64,000 nt of DNA from Nocardioidaceae bacterium (GTDB lineage: Bacteria > Actinomycetota > Actinomycetes > Propionibacteriales > Nocardioidaceae), in assembly GCA_035762105.1 (NCBI GenBank), contig DASTPU010000228.1, forward strand, positions 6,806 through 70,805, read 5' to 3'. This document shows, one piece after another, positions 21,195-33,196 of this stretch. Each line of letters starts with the position of its first letter. Position 1 is the stretch's first letter. Made by a program: the position numbers and the translations under genes. The notes below the pieces were generated by a model that was given only the letters and a program-made list of their open reading frames with translations, searched no databases and had not been told where the DNA came from.

Positions 21195-21347
21195 TCAGAG
21201 CGTGCGGTGACGCGGGATCTCGCGGTCGGCGGTGACGCCGAATGCCTTGTCGAGCTCCCGGTCCCAGGCCGTCACCTGCATGTGACGGTGCACCAGCACG
21301 GCGCTCACGCCGAGCAGTACGACGGCGAGTAGTAGTAGCAGTTCCAT
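21195..21347 (-). CDS. Small 50-aa single-TM protein (absent from ORF track)
   Basis: MELLLLLAVVLLGVSAVLVHRHMQVTAWDRELDKAFGVTADREIPRHRTL; GAGG RBS-like sequence close upstream; followed by a terminator. Confidence 0.65.
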   Translation of the reverse strand: MELLLLLAVVLLGVSAVLVHRHMQVTAWDRELDKAFGVTADREIPRHRTL

Positions 21348-21489
21348 CGTCCTCAGACCTCTGTGGCGTTCCGGGCGGTCGCGAGGGAGCCCGGTCTTCC
21401 CCCGTCCTCGACGGTAGGCGGGGAGGGTCCGGGCGTCAGGGCTATTGCCAGATCTGACCCGTTTCTCCTGATTGCCTGACCCGGTTGGG

Positions 21490-21969
21490 TCAGGAACGGG
21501 CCAGGCGCTTGCCGTAGTACCGGGACTTCGACGACCACTTGTAGTGGCCGAACCCCTCGACGGTCTCGTACCCGGAGGAGAGGTAGAGCGCGATCGCCTC
21601 GGGCTGCTCGATCCCGGTCTCGAGCACCATCACGGCCGCCCCGGCGTCGCGGGCCGTGGTCTCGAGGTGGCTGAGGACCCGTCGGGCGAGGCCGGCGCGG
21701 CGTGCCCGCGGTGCGACGTACATGCGCTTGATCTCGGTGACCGCGGACTCACCGAACGCCGACACGTCGGCACGGAACCGCCAGCCGCCCATGGCGACCG
21801 GCAGGCCGTCGAGGTAGCCGACGAAGAAGGCGCCGGAAGGGGCGTCGAACGTCGTCGGCTCGAGCGGCGTCTCGTCGGGCCCGCCGTAGCGCCGGGTGTA
21901 CTCGGCCTGCACCTCCTCGACGAGGGTGGCCACGTCGGGATGCGTGAAGGCCAGACGCCTGATCTCCAT
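21490..21969 (-). CDS. GNAT family N-acetyltransferase
   Basis: EIKRMYVAPRARRAGLAR, LETGIEQPEAIALY. Confidence 0.9.
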   Translation of the reverse strand: MEIRRLAFTHPDVATLVEEVQAEYTRRYGGPDETPLEPTTFDAPSGAFFVGYLDGLPVAMGGWRFRADVSAFGESAVTEIKRMYVAPRARRAGLARRVLSHLETTARDAGAAVMVLETGIEQPEAIALYLSSGYETVEGFGHYKWSSKSRYYGKRLARS

Positions 21970-21974
21970 CGCCC

Positions 21975-22379
21975 TCAGGCACTCATGGACGTGCCACAGC
22001 TGTCGCAGAAGCGTGCGCTCTGGTCGTTCTGGGTGCCGCAGGAGCGGCAGTACGGACCGCCGGCCGGTGCGTCGTTGCCCAGGCCGAGGTCACGGGCGAC
22101 GCTCTGGATCGCGGGCGAGTACTCGCCGGCCATGTACCTCGCGTGCGCGCCACCGAATCCGAGGCTGAGCAGGAAGCCGCCGACGCCGAGCAGCGGGACG
22201 CCCACGAAGCCCATCCAGAACTTGGTCGGCTCGTGGTAGAGGTCCGCGTTCATCAGGTCGGCGAAGGCCGTGGCGACCAGAGCGATCGCGGCGACCAGGA
22301 CCACGAGGCCGAGGACGCGGAAGGCCGTCCGCGCGCCTGCGCTCCGCTGGGGCTGTGCGCCTGGCGTGTGGTTGCTCAT
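21975..22379 (-). CDS. Membrane protein with C-terminal zinc ribbon
   Basis: Two TM segments then CRSCG...ARFCDSCG. Confidence 0.8.
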   Translation of the reverse strand: MSNHTPGAQPQRSAGARTAFRVLGLVVLVAAIALVATAFADLMNADLYHEPTKFWMGFVGVPLLGVGGFLLSLGFGGAHARYMAGEYSPAIQSVARDLGLGNDAPAGGPYCRSCGTQNDQSARFCDSCGTSMSA

Positions 22380-22417
22380 GTCTCGTCCCCGTCTCGTGAG
22401 TTGGTCCTGCGGGGTGA

Positions 22418-24600
<2,183 letters not shown>

Positions 24601-24617
<17 letters not shown>

Positions 24618-25878
24618 CGGCGCGCTCCACCACGACCCGTGCGATCCGCTCCTCGAGGAGGTCCGCGAGCCGGGGATGCACGTTCCACGTCCGCACGAGA
24701 TCCTCGAGCTCCTCCTTGACCGCGGGTCCGGGGGCCGCACCGGTCCGCGTCGCCCGCAGCAACGTGTTGCGCGGCGTGTGCTTGCTCTCGACGAACTCGA
24801 TCACGTCGACGCGGTACCCGAGCAGCCGCATCACGCCCGCCCGGAGCGCGTCGGTGAGCGTGTCGGCGAACCTCTCGCGGAGGATCCCGTGCCGGGTCAG
24901 CAGCGTGTACGGCGCAGGCGTCGGCGCCCTGCGGAGCTGTGCGGCGATGTCGTGGTGGCAGCACGGCGCCGCGAGCACGAGGGAGGCGTCCCAGAGCACC
25001 GCGCGGGCGAGCGCGTCGTCGGTCGCGGTGTCACACGCATGCAGGGCGAGCACGACGTCCGGCGCCTCGTCGAGCTCGACCGAGCCGATGTCGCCCTGGA
25101 CGAACCGCATCGTCTCGGCGATCCCGAGCCGCTCGGCGATCTCGGTGTTGTGACGGAAGGACTGCTCCTTCACGTCGACGCCGACGACGCGGACCGGCAG
25201 CTCGCGGACCCGGGTGAGGTAGCTGTGCGCGGCGAAGGTGAGGTAGGCGTTCCCGCAGCCGAGGTCCACGACCTTCAGCGGTTCCTCGGCGGTCGGCGTG
25301 CGCAGCCGGCCTGACGACAGCGCGTCGTCGAGGGCCGGGCCGAGGTCGCGGAGGAACTCCTCGACCTGGCGGTACTTCGCCTGCCGGCTGGGCTTGACCC
25401 GGCCCTGCTCGTCGGAGATACCGACCGCGACCAGCGCCGGGTCGTTCTCCGGCAGCAGCCGCGGCTTGGCACGGTCGTGCTGCCGCTGCGGCTCGGCAGG
25501 CTCCTCGCCCTCGGCGGCCTGAGCCCGGCGGAGGCCGGAATGGACCATCGCCTCGAGCTTCTTCGTGACCCGCACCTGGTGGGTCTCGGTGACGGTCTCG
25601 ACGTGCCAGTTGCCGAAGGGCTCGTCGAGCAGGTCGTCGACGGCGACCCTGGCGGCGTCGCCCACGGCGTGGTTGGACGTGTGGGCCTGCGTGTCGTCGT
25701 ACGCCGTGACCTGGAGGTGGCGGCCCGCCTTGAGGTCGACGTACCTCAGCTCGACCCGCCGCCACCTCGGCGTCCGGCCCTTCTGACGGCCGGAGGCGAC
25801 CGCTCGCACGAGGGCCTGGTCGTCGAGGATCAGGGATCGCATCCGGGCGAGGACGCGAAGGAGGGGCTCGGCCGGCAT
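24601..25878 (-). CDS. Class I SAM-dependent methyltransferase (Methyltransf_32-like)
   Basis: KYRQVEEF, VVDLGCGNAYLTF, ALHACDTATDDAL, APCCHH, HTPRNTL. Confidence 0.88.
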
Positions 25879-25879
25879 G

Positions 25880-25969
25880 TCAGCCCCGTACCAGCGCGGT
25901 GACCACCACGAGGAGGATCAGCGCCACCAGGGCACCGGGGATCACCAAGCGGCGGTAGCGGGGGTTCAT
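25880..25969 (-). CDS. 29-aa single-TM microprotein (absent from ORF track)
   Basis: MNPRYRRLVIPGALVALILLVVVTALVRG; TAAACT -10 box 7 nt upstream; stop 1 nt before the methyltransferase ATG. Confidence 0.6.
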   Translation of the reverse strand: MNPRYRRLVIPGALVALILLVVVTALVRG

Positions 25970-26100
25970 GGGCCTGAGTTTAACGAGCCCCACCTTGGCC
26001 CCATCGGGCTATGGAGGCCGCGTGGGGCCAGGCATAACGTCGGTCGATGAACACAGACCACTTCGCGTGAAGCGGCCTGCATACCCCGAGGAGGCCAGCC

Positions 26101-26727
26101 GTGTTCGTACAGATCATCCAGGGCAAGTGCACTCGTCCAGACGAGCTCCGCGCCCAGACCGACAAGTGGCTCCGCGACATCGCCCCGCACGCCGAGGGGT
26201 GGCTCGGCGGGACCTACGGATTCACCGACGACGACATGTTCGTCGGGATGGTCCGTTTCGAGTCGAGGGAGGCCGCGATGGCCAACTCCGACCGTCCGGA
26301 TCAGTCCGCGTGGTGGGCGGAGACCGAGCAGCTCTTCGACGGCCCGGTGGAGTTCCACAACGCCGACAAGGTGCTGCTCATGCTCGAGGGCGGCTCGGAC
26401 GACGCCGGCTTCGTGCAGGTCATCCGGGGCAAGATCGACGACCCGGCCCTGCTCGAGGCGGAGCTCGACGAGATGTCGAACATGCTGCACGAGGCGAGGC
26501 CCGAGATCATCGGGTCGACGTTCGCGATCGAGGAGGACGGGACGTTCACCGAGTCGGTGTTCTTCACCGACGAGTCAGCGGCCCGTGAGGGCGAGCAGAA
26601 GGCGATGCCGACGACCGAGAACGTCCGCCACCTGATGCAGGACTGGGAGAAGATGACGCACGACGTCACCTACCTTGACCTGCACCACCCCTGGTTCGCA
26701 TCGCGAGGAGCCGCGGGCGGTCGTTGA
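26101..26727 (+). CDS. Hypothetical protein with internal two-fold repeat
   Basis: GGAGG RBS; two similar halves (FVQIIQGK...FESREAA / FVQVIRGK...FTDESAA). Confidence 0.75.
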   Translation: MFVQIIQGKCTRPDELRAQTDKWLRDIAPHAEGWLGGTYGFTDDDMFVGMVRFESREAAMANSDRPDQSAWWAETEQLFDGPVEFHNADKVLLMLEGGSDDAGFVQVIRGKIDDPALLEAELDEMSNMLHEARPEIIGSTFAIEEDGTFTESVFFTDESAAREGEQKAMPTTENVRHLMQDWEKMTHDVTYLDLHHPWFASRGAAGGR

Positions 26728-27955
26728 CCTCGGGGTCGAGCAGCCCCTGGGTCCGGCTGAACACCGCGACGGCCAGCAGCGTGCCGAGGACGGTGATGCC
26801 GCCGCCGAGGAGGAGCGTCCACCGAGCGCCGAGAACCTCCCCGATCCACCCGACGATCGGGGAGCCGATGGGCGTGCCGCCCATGAAGATCATCATGTAG
26901 AGCGCCATCACGCGACCCCTCAGCTCGGGCGTGACGCTGAGCTGGATGGTGGTGTTCGCGGCCGTGATCATGGTCAACGCGGTGATGCCGATCACCGGTG
27001 TCCAGAGGGCGAAGGTGAGGTACGTCGGCATCAGTCCGCCGACGACGACCGCGACCCCGAACGCCAGCGCGGCGAGGATGACGAGCCGGTGTCGCACGAC
27101 GCCCCGCCGGGCCGCGAGGAGCGCCCCGGAGAGCGAGCCGACGGCCATCGTCGTGCCGAGGATGCCGTACTCCGAGGCGCCCTTGTCGAACACCTCGGTC
27201 GCCATCAGCGCCGACGTCATCTGGAAGTTGAGGCCGAACGTTCCGGCGAAGAAGACGATCGCCAGGATCATCATGATGTCGGGGCGGCTGCGGATGTACC
27301 GCATGCCGTCCCGGATCGCGCCCTTCTGACGTCCCTGCGGCTCAGGGGTGTCGAGGTCCTTCTCGCGCATGCGCTGGAGCGCGAGCACCACAGCGACGTA
27401 CGACACCGCGTTGATCGCGATCACCCAGCCGGTCGCCTGCGCTCCGCCGCCGAGCCCGGCGATCATGAAGCCGGCGACCGCGGGGCCGATGATCCGGGCG
27501 AAGTTGAACGACGCCGAGTTGAGGCCGACCGCGTTGGACAGGTCGTCACGGGTGACGATCTCGCTCACGAACGACTGCCGCGCCGGGGCGTCGAACGCCG
27601 TGCCGACACCGAACACGAACGCGAGCGCGTAGACGTGCCACACCTCGACCACGCCGGTGATCGCGAGGACGCCGAGCAGGAGCGCGGGTGCGGCCATCAT
27701 CACCTGCGTGACCTGGAGCAGGCGTCGCTTGGGGAAGCGGTCGGCGATGACGCCGGCGTACGGAGACAGCAGCAGGATGGGGAGGAACTGCAGGCCGGTG
27801 GTGATGCCGAGGGCGGTGCCGGAGTTGCCGGTCAGCTGGAGGACGAGCCAGTCCTGGGCCACACGCTGCATCCATGTCCCGATGTTCGAGACCACAGCAC
27901 CGGCTGCGTACAGCCGGTAGTTGCGGTTCGAGAGAGCACGGAAGGTAGGGCTCAT
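26666..27955 (-). CDS. MFS transporter (MFS_3-like)
   Basis: RALSNRNYRLY, GTWMQRVAQDW, GVIADRFPKRRLL, about 12 TM segments. Confidence 0.9.
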   Translation of the reverse strand: MSPTFRALSNRNYRLYAAGAVVSNIGTWMQRVAQDWLVLQLTGNSGTALGITTGLQFLPILLLSPYAGVIADRFPKRRLLQVTQVMMAAPALLLGVLAITGVVEVWHVYALAFVFGVGTAFDAPARQSFVSEIVTRDDLSNAVGLNSASFNFARIIGPAVAGFMIAGLGGGAQATGWVIAINAVSYVAVVLALQRMREKDLDTPEPQGRQKGAIRDGMRYIRSRPDIMMILAIVFFAGTFGLNFQMTSALMATEVFDKGASEYGILGTTMAVGSLSGALLAARRGVVRHRLVILAALAFGVAVVVGGLMPTYLTFALWTPVIGITALTMITAANTTIQLSVTPELRGRVMALYMMIFMGGTPIGSPIVGWIGEVLGARWTLLLGGGITVLGTLLAVAVFSRTQGLLDPEVNDRPRLLAMRTRGGAGQGR

Positions 27956-28004
27956 CCGGGGTCCCTGCGAAGGCGGGAGCGAAGCGAGTGGCTTCGTGGG
28001 GTGG

Positions 28005-28454
28005 TCAAGCCTGTGCCAGCCTTTCCAGGATCGGGGCTGCCTGACGCAGCACGGAACGTTCTTCGGGGGTGAGCTCGCGGAGGCGCTGCGCGAGCCAGGC
28101 GTCACGGCGACGGCGGTCGGCCTCGAGGGTCTCGCGTCCCTTGTCCGCGAGGCCGATGACGACCTGCCGGCCGTCGGTGGCGTGCGGGGTACGGACGACG
28201 TACCCGGACTCCTCGAGGCAGTTCACCGTGCGCGTCATCGATGGCGGCTGCACGCGCTCGAGGGCGGCGAGCTCGCCGATGGAACAGGCGCCGCCGCGGT
28301 ACAGCGAGCCCAGCACCGAGAGCTGGCCGAGGCTCAGCTCGTTGTCGGGGTCACGCTCGCTGCGGATCCGCCTTGTCAGGCGCGCGACTGCGATGCGCAG
28401 ACCGGCCGCGAGGCCGGTGTCGGTGCGCACCATCTGTTCGATCGTCGGAGCCAT
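28005..28454 (-). CDS. MarR family transcriptional regulator
   Basis: ELAALERVQPPSMTRTVNCLEE, HATDGRQ winged helix. Confidence 0.9.
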   Translation of the reverse strand: MAPTIEQMVRTDTGLAAGLRIAVARLTRRIRSERDPDNELSLGQLSVLGSLYRGGACSIGELAALERVQPPSMTRTVNCLEESGYVVRTPHATDGRQVVIGLADKGRETLEADRRRRDAWLAQRLRELTPEERSVLRQAAPILERLAQA

Positions 28455-28457
28455 ATA

Positions 28458-28485
28458 CTTAGCCTAACTCATTAGCGTTGCTAAG
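28458..28485. promoter_or_regulatory. Palindromic operator overlapping the leaderless marR promoter
   Basis: TTAGC-GTT-GCTAA palindrome at 28472-84, CTTAGC...GCTAAG outer repeat; TAGGCT -10 box on the minus strand 6 nt before ATG. Confidence 0.6.
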
Positions 28486-28533
28486 CATTTCGGATATCGC
28501 AGAGACGGCCGTCACGATGCTGTGGCCCTCGGC

Positions 28534-29704
28534 TCAGCGCCGGCGCCTGAGACGAAACCGGACCTCACCGCTTGGCAGGTCCGTAGTGATGTAGCGCGGG
28601 TCGTGGATCCGCAGGTGGTGGAAGCCGCAGAAGGGCTTGCCGTTCTTCGTGCTCGTCCGGCCGCCCTGACTCCATGGCTCCGGATGATGGATGTCGCACC
28701 AGGCGAAGGGACGTTCGCAGCCTTCCGCCGCGCAGGTGTCGTACTGCAGTGACAGCGCCCGACGCTGCGCGACACTGTGCAGTCGTCGGCTGCGACCGAG
28801 GTCGAGCACCTCGGACTTACCCCCGAGGACGGCCGGGACGATGCCGGCGTTGCAGGCGAGCCGCCGAGCCTGTCCCGCCGAGATCCGAAGACCGGTGTCG
28901 AGCCCTGCCGACCCGAGACCGTCGAGGAGGTGCTCGTAGTCGAGGTTCACGACCACCGTGACGCCGGACTGGCCCAACCCTTCGGCAGGCAGGTGCTCGA
29001 GAAGCTCGGTGAACGCTGTGCCCATCTGCTCGGACCAGTTCAGGCCTGGACCGCCCCCGGGCAGCGTCGGGTCGGTCACCGGCTCGCCGGCCCTGTCCCG
29101 CGACCACCTGCGGGGCGCGGACAGCCGCTCCAGGGTCGCGCGGAGCAAGTGGGCGTGCAGCTCGGGGGTCACGAACCTGCCGGACACGGTGCCGTCACCG
29201 TTATCGCGAATCGTCATCCAGGTCTCGCGCTCGGCATGCTCCTCCTCGTCCTCGATCATGTCGGCCTCCTGCTGGTCGGCCAGTTCCTTGGAGACGTCCT
29301 CGAGCATCCGCCGCGCCGCATGCCGCAGCCTGCGCGCGTTCATCCCGGCAACCGCCCGGGCGACCAGCCCCTCCTCAGCTTCCTTGCGCTGCTCCGAAGT
29401 GGCGGCGGCAGGCATCTTCTCGGCGGCGTTGACGATCACGCGGACCTGCTCGATCTCAATCTGACCCCTCGCGAACGCTTCGCGAGTCGCGTCGTACTTG
29501 GTCTGCAGCATGCGCGCGCCAGCCACAGACCGCCGGCCATCACCGCCTTGGTGGTCCCGGTCAGCTTCGCCGCCCACGCGTCGGTGCCCGTGTCGGCCTC
29601 GTCCTCAGCGAGCCGGTCGGCACCGCGGCCGCGGACTCGATCGACTCACGCGCGGAGGCGATCCACCCCGCGATCACAGGTGCCCTGAGCTGCTGAACTG
29701 TCAT
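28534..29704 (-). pseudogene. DUF222 / HNH endonuclease (13E12-repeat-like), frameshifted
   Basis: 3' part intact (ARRLACNAG, LDLGRSRRLH, CAAEGC, CDIHH, CGFHH). The 5' part lies in three frames: MTVQQL...AVPTG / RLAEDEADTGTDAWAAKLTG...GGLWLAR / MLQTKY. Confidence 0.78.
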
Positions 29705-29710
29705 AGGTAG

Positions 29711-29732
29711 ACCCAATCGGCGACCACCGACA
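29711..29732 (-). promoter_or_regulatory. Degenerate PafBC/RecA-NDp-type promoter motif
   Basis: Minus strand TGTCGG-N10-TTGGGT, 6 nt before ATG 29704; one mismatch to TGTCGG-N10-TA-N3-T. Confidence 0.45.
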
Positions 29733-29855
29733 TCACGTGATGTCTCACATCGCGAGACTGTCCCAGAAATTGGCGTCGAAGCTGGCTGGTCGCTCAGGAG
29801 TACATCGTGGAACCTCGACCGCCTGACCCGCCGTGCCATCGAACTCGAGGAGGTC

Positions 29856-30351
29856 GTGGACGTCTGCACCGCAGCGAGCGTCAAGGACGTGGTGACGCTT
29901 ACTGGCGATGTGAACGACCTGTCCAACGGCGACGACCGCGAGGCGGTGAACGAGGCCGAGGCCGATGCCATCCGCGAAGTTGTCTCGCGGTTCCTGGCCG
30001 GGGAGAGCATCGCGAGTCTGGTTCGCGCTGGCTCGTTGAGGGGGAGATCCGCACCGTGAACGGCAAGCAGTGGCGCAGCCCCACCGTGCGCAACCTCCTG
30101 TGCAGGGCCCGCATCGCAGGCCTCCGCGAGCACCAAGGTCAGGTCATCGGCAAGGCCGCATGGCCCGCGATCAATCACCCCCGAGCAGCACGACCAGACC
30201 ATCCTCAGCATCTCCAACCGGCGAACCAACCGAGCCGCACGCCGGCACCTCCTCTCAGGTCTCCTCCGCTGCGGACTCTGCGGGGGCAAGTTGTGGACCA
30301 TGCCACGCAGCGACTACGAAGGCCGTCGCTACCTGTGCCGTTCCGGAGCCC
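29856..30351 (+). pseudogene. Large serine recombinase remnant (recombinase and zinc-ribbon segments)
   Basis: Across frames: EAEADAIREVVSRFLAGESIASL / GKQWRSPTVRNLLCRARIAGLR...AAWPAI / RHLLSGLLRCGLCGGKL...RRYLC; no catalytic N-terminus. Confidence 0.78.
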
Positions 30352-30360
30352 TCACGCGCG

Positions 30361-31422
30361 TCAAGGAGCGCTCTGGGCGCCTCCTGGCACGAGCACGAGC
30401 TTTCCCCTCGACGCCGACTGTTCGAGCAGCTCGTGAGCGCGACGCACGTCGGACAGCGGCAGGCGCTCGGCCACGACCGGGTGGATCTCGCCACGACGCA
30501 GCAGCTCCAGCAGCACGCCGAAGTCCTCACGGAACCAGTCCTGGTGGTCGATACGCAGCTTCTGGACCCGGAAGCCGAGCACCCGCCGGAACGGCGAGAG
30601 CAAGCCCCACAGCGCGACGGCCGCAGTCGCCGGGTACCACTCCATCCACCCTCGCCAGCTCTTGCGCCCCTGCGCGAGGGTGGCGTAGTTGCCCATCGTG
30701 ATGAGCCTCCCGCCGGGATCTCCCCGGACCGGGTTCCCGCGCCGCAGCGCGCGGAAGGAGCGAAGCGCGACCGCTCCACCGATCCCGTCGATCACGACAT
30801 CGACACCTTCTCCGCCGGTCAGAGCACGCACCCGCGCCAAGAAGTCCTCGTTGCGGTAGTCGATCGCCACCGCGCCGAGCCGCTCCACCGCGGGCAGGTC
30901 GCGAGCTGATGCTGTCCCGTACAGGCGAAGCCCCGCCAGCGTCCCGAGCTCGAGGACCGCGGTGCCCACCCTGCCGGCCGCACCGTGCACCAGCACCGTC
31001 TCGCCCGGCTGCACCCTCGCCGCACGGTGAAGCATCTGGTAGGCGGTCATGTACGGGAAGACGAGGCTGACCACCTCCGCCGGGTCGAGGTCCTCGGGAA
31101 CTTCGACCGTGTACTTCTCCGGCACGCACACCTGCTCCGCGTTGGCGCCCCAGACCGTCAGGGCGCCGACACGGTCCCCCTCGCGCAAGCTCGAGCAGCC
31201 CGGACCGAGTTCCTCGACCACGCCGACGAGCTCGTAGCCCGGCGTGAACGGTGGCTTCGGCCCACCGAGGTACGTGCCTGCGCGTATCAGCGCGTCGGTG
31301 AACGACACGCCCGATGCCAGGACCCTCACGCGGACCTCGCCCGGCCCCGGGCGGGGATCGGCTTCCTCCACCACCCTCAGGACCTCGGGGCCGCCGAAGC
31401 GGTCGACCACGACACGCTCCAC
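30361..31422 (-). CDS. Medium-chain dehydrogenase/reductase (quinone oxidoreductase-like)
   Basis: FGGPEVL, PGYELVG, TAYQML, VLVHGAAGRVG, GKLVL. Confidence 0.88.
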   Translation of the reverse strand: MERVVVDRFGGPEVLRVVEEADPRPGPGEVRVRVLASGVSFTDALIRAGTYLGGPKPPFTPGYELVGVVEELGPGCSSLREGDRVGALTVWGANAEQVCVPEKYTVEVPEDLDPAEVVSLVFPYMTAYQMLHRAARVQPGETVLVHGAAGRVGTAVLELGTLAGLRLYGTASARDLPAVERLGAVAIDYRNEDFLARVRALTGGEGVDVVIDGIGGAVALRSFRALRRGNPVRGDPGGRLITMGNYATLAQGRKSWRGWMEWYPATAAVALWGLLSPFRRVLGFRVQKLRIDHQDWFREDFGVLLELLRRGEIHPVVAERLPLSDVRRAHELLEQSASRGKLVLVPGGAQSAP

Positions 31423-31612
31423 GCGACTCAGCCTACGCCGCCTCCCGCGTGACGACGCTGAGCCGATCCGCCTCCGGGTGACTGCGTCACCATGTCCGGG
31501 TAGATGCCCTGGCGAACGCGTCGCAGTGCCTCGTCGTTCCGTCAGGAATGACCACGATCTGAGACACGCCGGCAGATCTGCACGACGCGCCGCCTCGGCC
31601 GACTATCCGCCC

Positions 31613-33196
31613 TCAGCCGATGTCGCGGCGCCTGAAGCCGGCCCAGCCCATCACGACGGCCGCCACGGTCAGCAGCGCAAGCACGAGCAGCGGTCCGGCA
31701 GCGACGCTCTCCGCCGGCACGGCCGGCGTGTGCGTGAACGGCGACAGGTTGTCGACCCACTGCGGGAACTCGAGCAGACTGCCGAGCCAGCCGATGATGA
31801 AGGCGAAGGCGACGGCCACCCACGCGAGGCCGGAAGCGCGGGGCAGCAGGCCGAAGAGCAGCACGGCCAGCCCGGTGACGAGAAGGACGGCGGGAAGGTA
31901 GACGAGCGACGCCCACGTCATTGCCCACACCTCGTCGGGCCGTGTGCTCGTCATGGCGTAGGAGATGCCGAGACCGAGGCCCCCGGAGGCGACCAGGAAC
32001 GTCGTCCCCACCAGCGTCACGAGCAGGTTGCCCGCGAACCAGCGTCCCCGGGAGACGCCTGTGGCGAGGATCGGCTCGAGTCGGTCGGATGACTCCTCAC
32101 TCCGCATGCGCAGAGCGGACGAGACCGCGTAGCCGGCGGCGCCGATCCCGAGCAGGAGAAGGGAGATCGCCATGTAGGAGTCGACAAGGGTCTCGGCGGC
32201 CGTGGCCGCGAAGACGTCGGCGATCGCGGGATTCTCCTCGATCATGTTCTCGATCGACTCGCTGAACGAGCCGAGCAGCACCGCCATCCCGAACACCCCG
32301 ATGACCCAGCCGAGCAGCGCACCGCGCTGCAGGCGCCATGCGAAGCCGACGACCGTGCCCAGCGACCTGCTCGCCGAGGCAGGTCCGGGACGGGCGGTGA
32401 GGACGCCGGACCCGAGGTCGCGCCGCGCCTCCAGCACGACGGTCGCTGCGAACAGGACGACGGTGAAGCCGACCGACAGCGCCAGCGGCCACCAGCGGTC
32501 GAGCTCGTAGACACCGACCTGCTGGGACCAGCCCATCGGCGAGAGCCACACCAGGAAGTTCTCCCCGACGTCGCCGATCGCGCGCACGCCGTACACGACC
32601 GCGAGGAACGCGAGCGAGACGCCGACCGCACCGCGACCGTGGCTCATCAGCTGCGCGGCCACTGCGGCGACCCCGGTGAAGACGACGCCGAGCGCGGCGA
32701 TCGAGGCGCCGTAGAGAAGGGACTCGTTCAGCGGCTGCTCCTCCAGGAGGAACGCCGCGGAGATGCCGCCTCCCACCAGCACTGACGCGAGGGCCGAGAC
32801 CAGGACGGCCGAGGTGATCACGGCGTGCGGCGAGACCACGGTCGAGCCGAGCAGCTCGACGCGGCCGGCGTCCTCCTCGCGCCGGGTGTGGCGCACGACG
32901 GTGAACACGGCCATCAGCGCGACGCCGAGCAGCGCGGTCAGGCTGGTCTCGTAGATCAGGATCCCGCCGATCTGGTCCATCGCGAACGGTGGTCCGGCGA
33001 GCGCGATCGACGCCGGCGAGCCGCCCACGGTCGTGGCGTAGGCCGCGATCGCCGACGGTGTGGTGTACAGGTCGCGGACCGCGCTGAGCGAGGCGTACAC
33101 GACGACGACGATCGCGACGATCCACACGGGCAGGAAGACGCGGTCGCGCCGGAGCACGAACCGGATCAGCGGCCCGACGCCCGTGAGGGCAGTCAC
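31613..33196 (-). CDS. ABC exporter permease (polyketide-antibiotic exporter-like)
   Basis: [42 protein letters not shown]; many TM segments; GTGA overlap with the ATPase. Confidence 0.86.
   Translation of the reverse strand: MTALTGVGPLIRFVLRRDRVFLPVWIVAIVVVVYASLSAVRDLYTTPSAIAAYATTVGGSPASIALAGPPFAMDQIGGILIYETSLTALLGVALMAVFTVVRHTRREEDAGRVELLGSTVVSPHAVITSAVLVSALASVLVGGGISAAFLLEEQPLNESLLYGASIAALGVVFTGVAAVAAQLMSHGRGAVGVSLAFLAVVYGVRAIGDVGENFLVWLSPMGWSQQVGVYELDRWWPLALSVGFTVVLFAATVVLEARRDLGSGVLTARPGPASASRSLGTVVGFAWRLQRGALLGWVIGVFGMAVLLGSFSESIENMIEENPAIADVFAATAAETLVDSYMAISLLLLGIGAAGYAVSSALRMRSEESSDRLEPILATGVSRGRWFAGNLLVTLVGTTFLVASGGLGLGISYAMTSTRPDEVWAMTWASLVYLPAVLLVTGLAVLLFGLLPRASGLAWVAVAFAFIIGWLGSLLEFPQWVDNLSPFTHTPAVPAESVAAGPLLVLALLTVAAVVMGWAGFRRRDIG

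Noticed and set aside
28453-28471. IdeR box (minus strand contains GTTAGGCTAA)
   Set aside because: Only about 12 of 19 positions match the consensus; better explained by the marR -10 box plus an autoregulatory palindrome.
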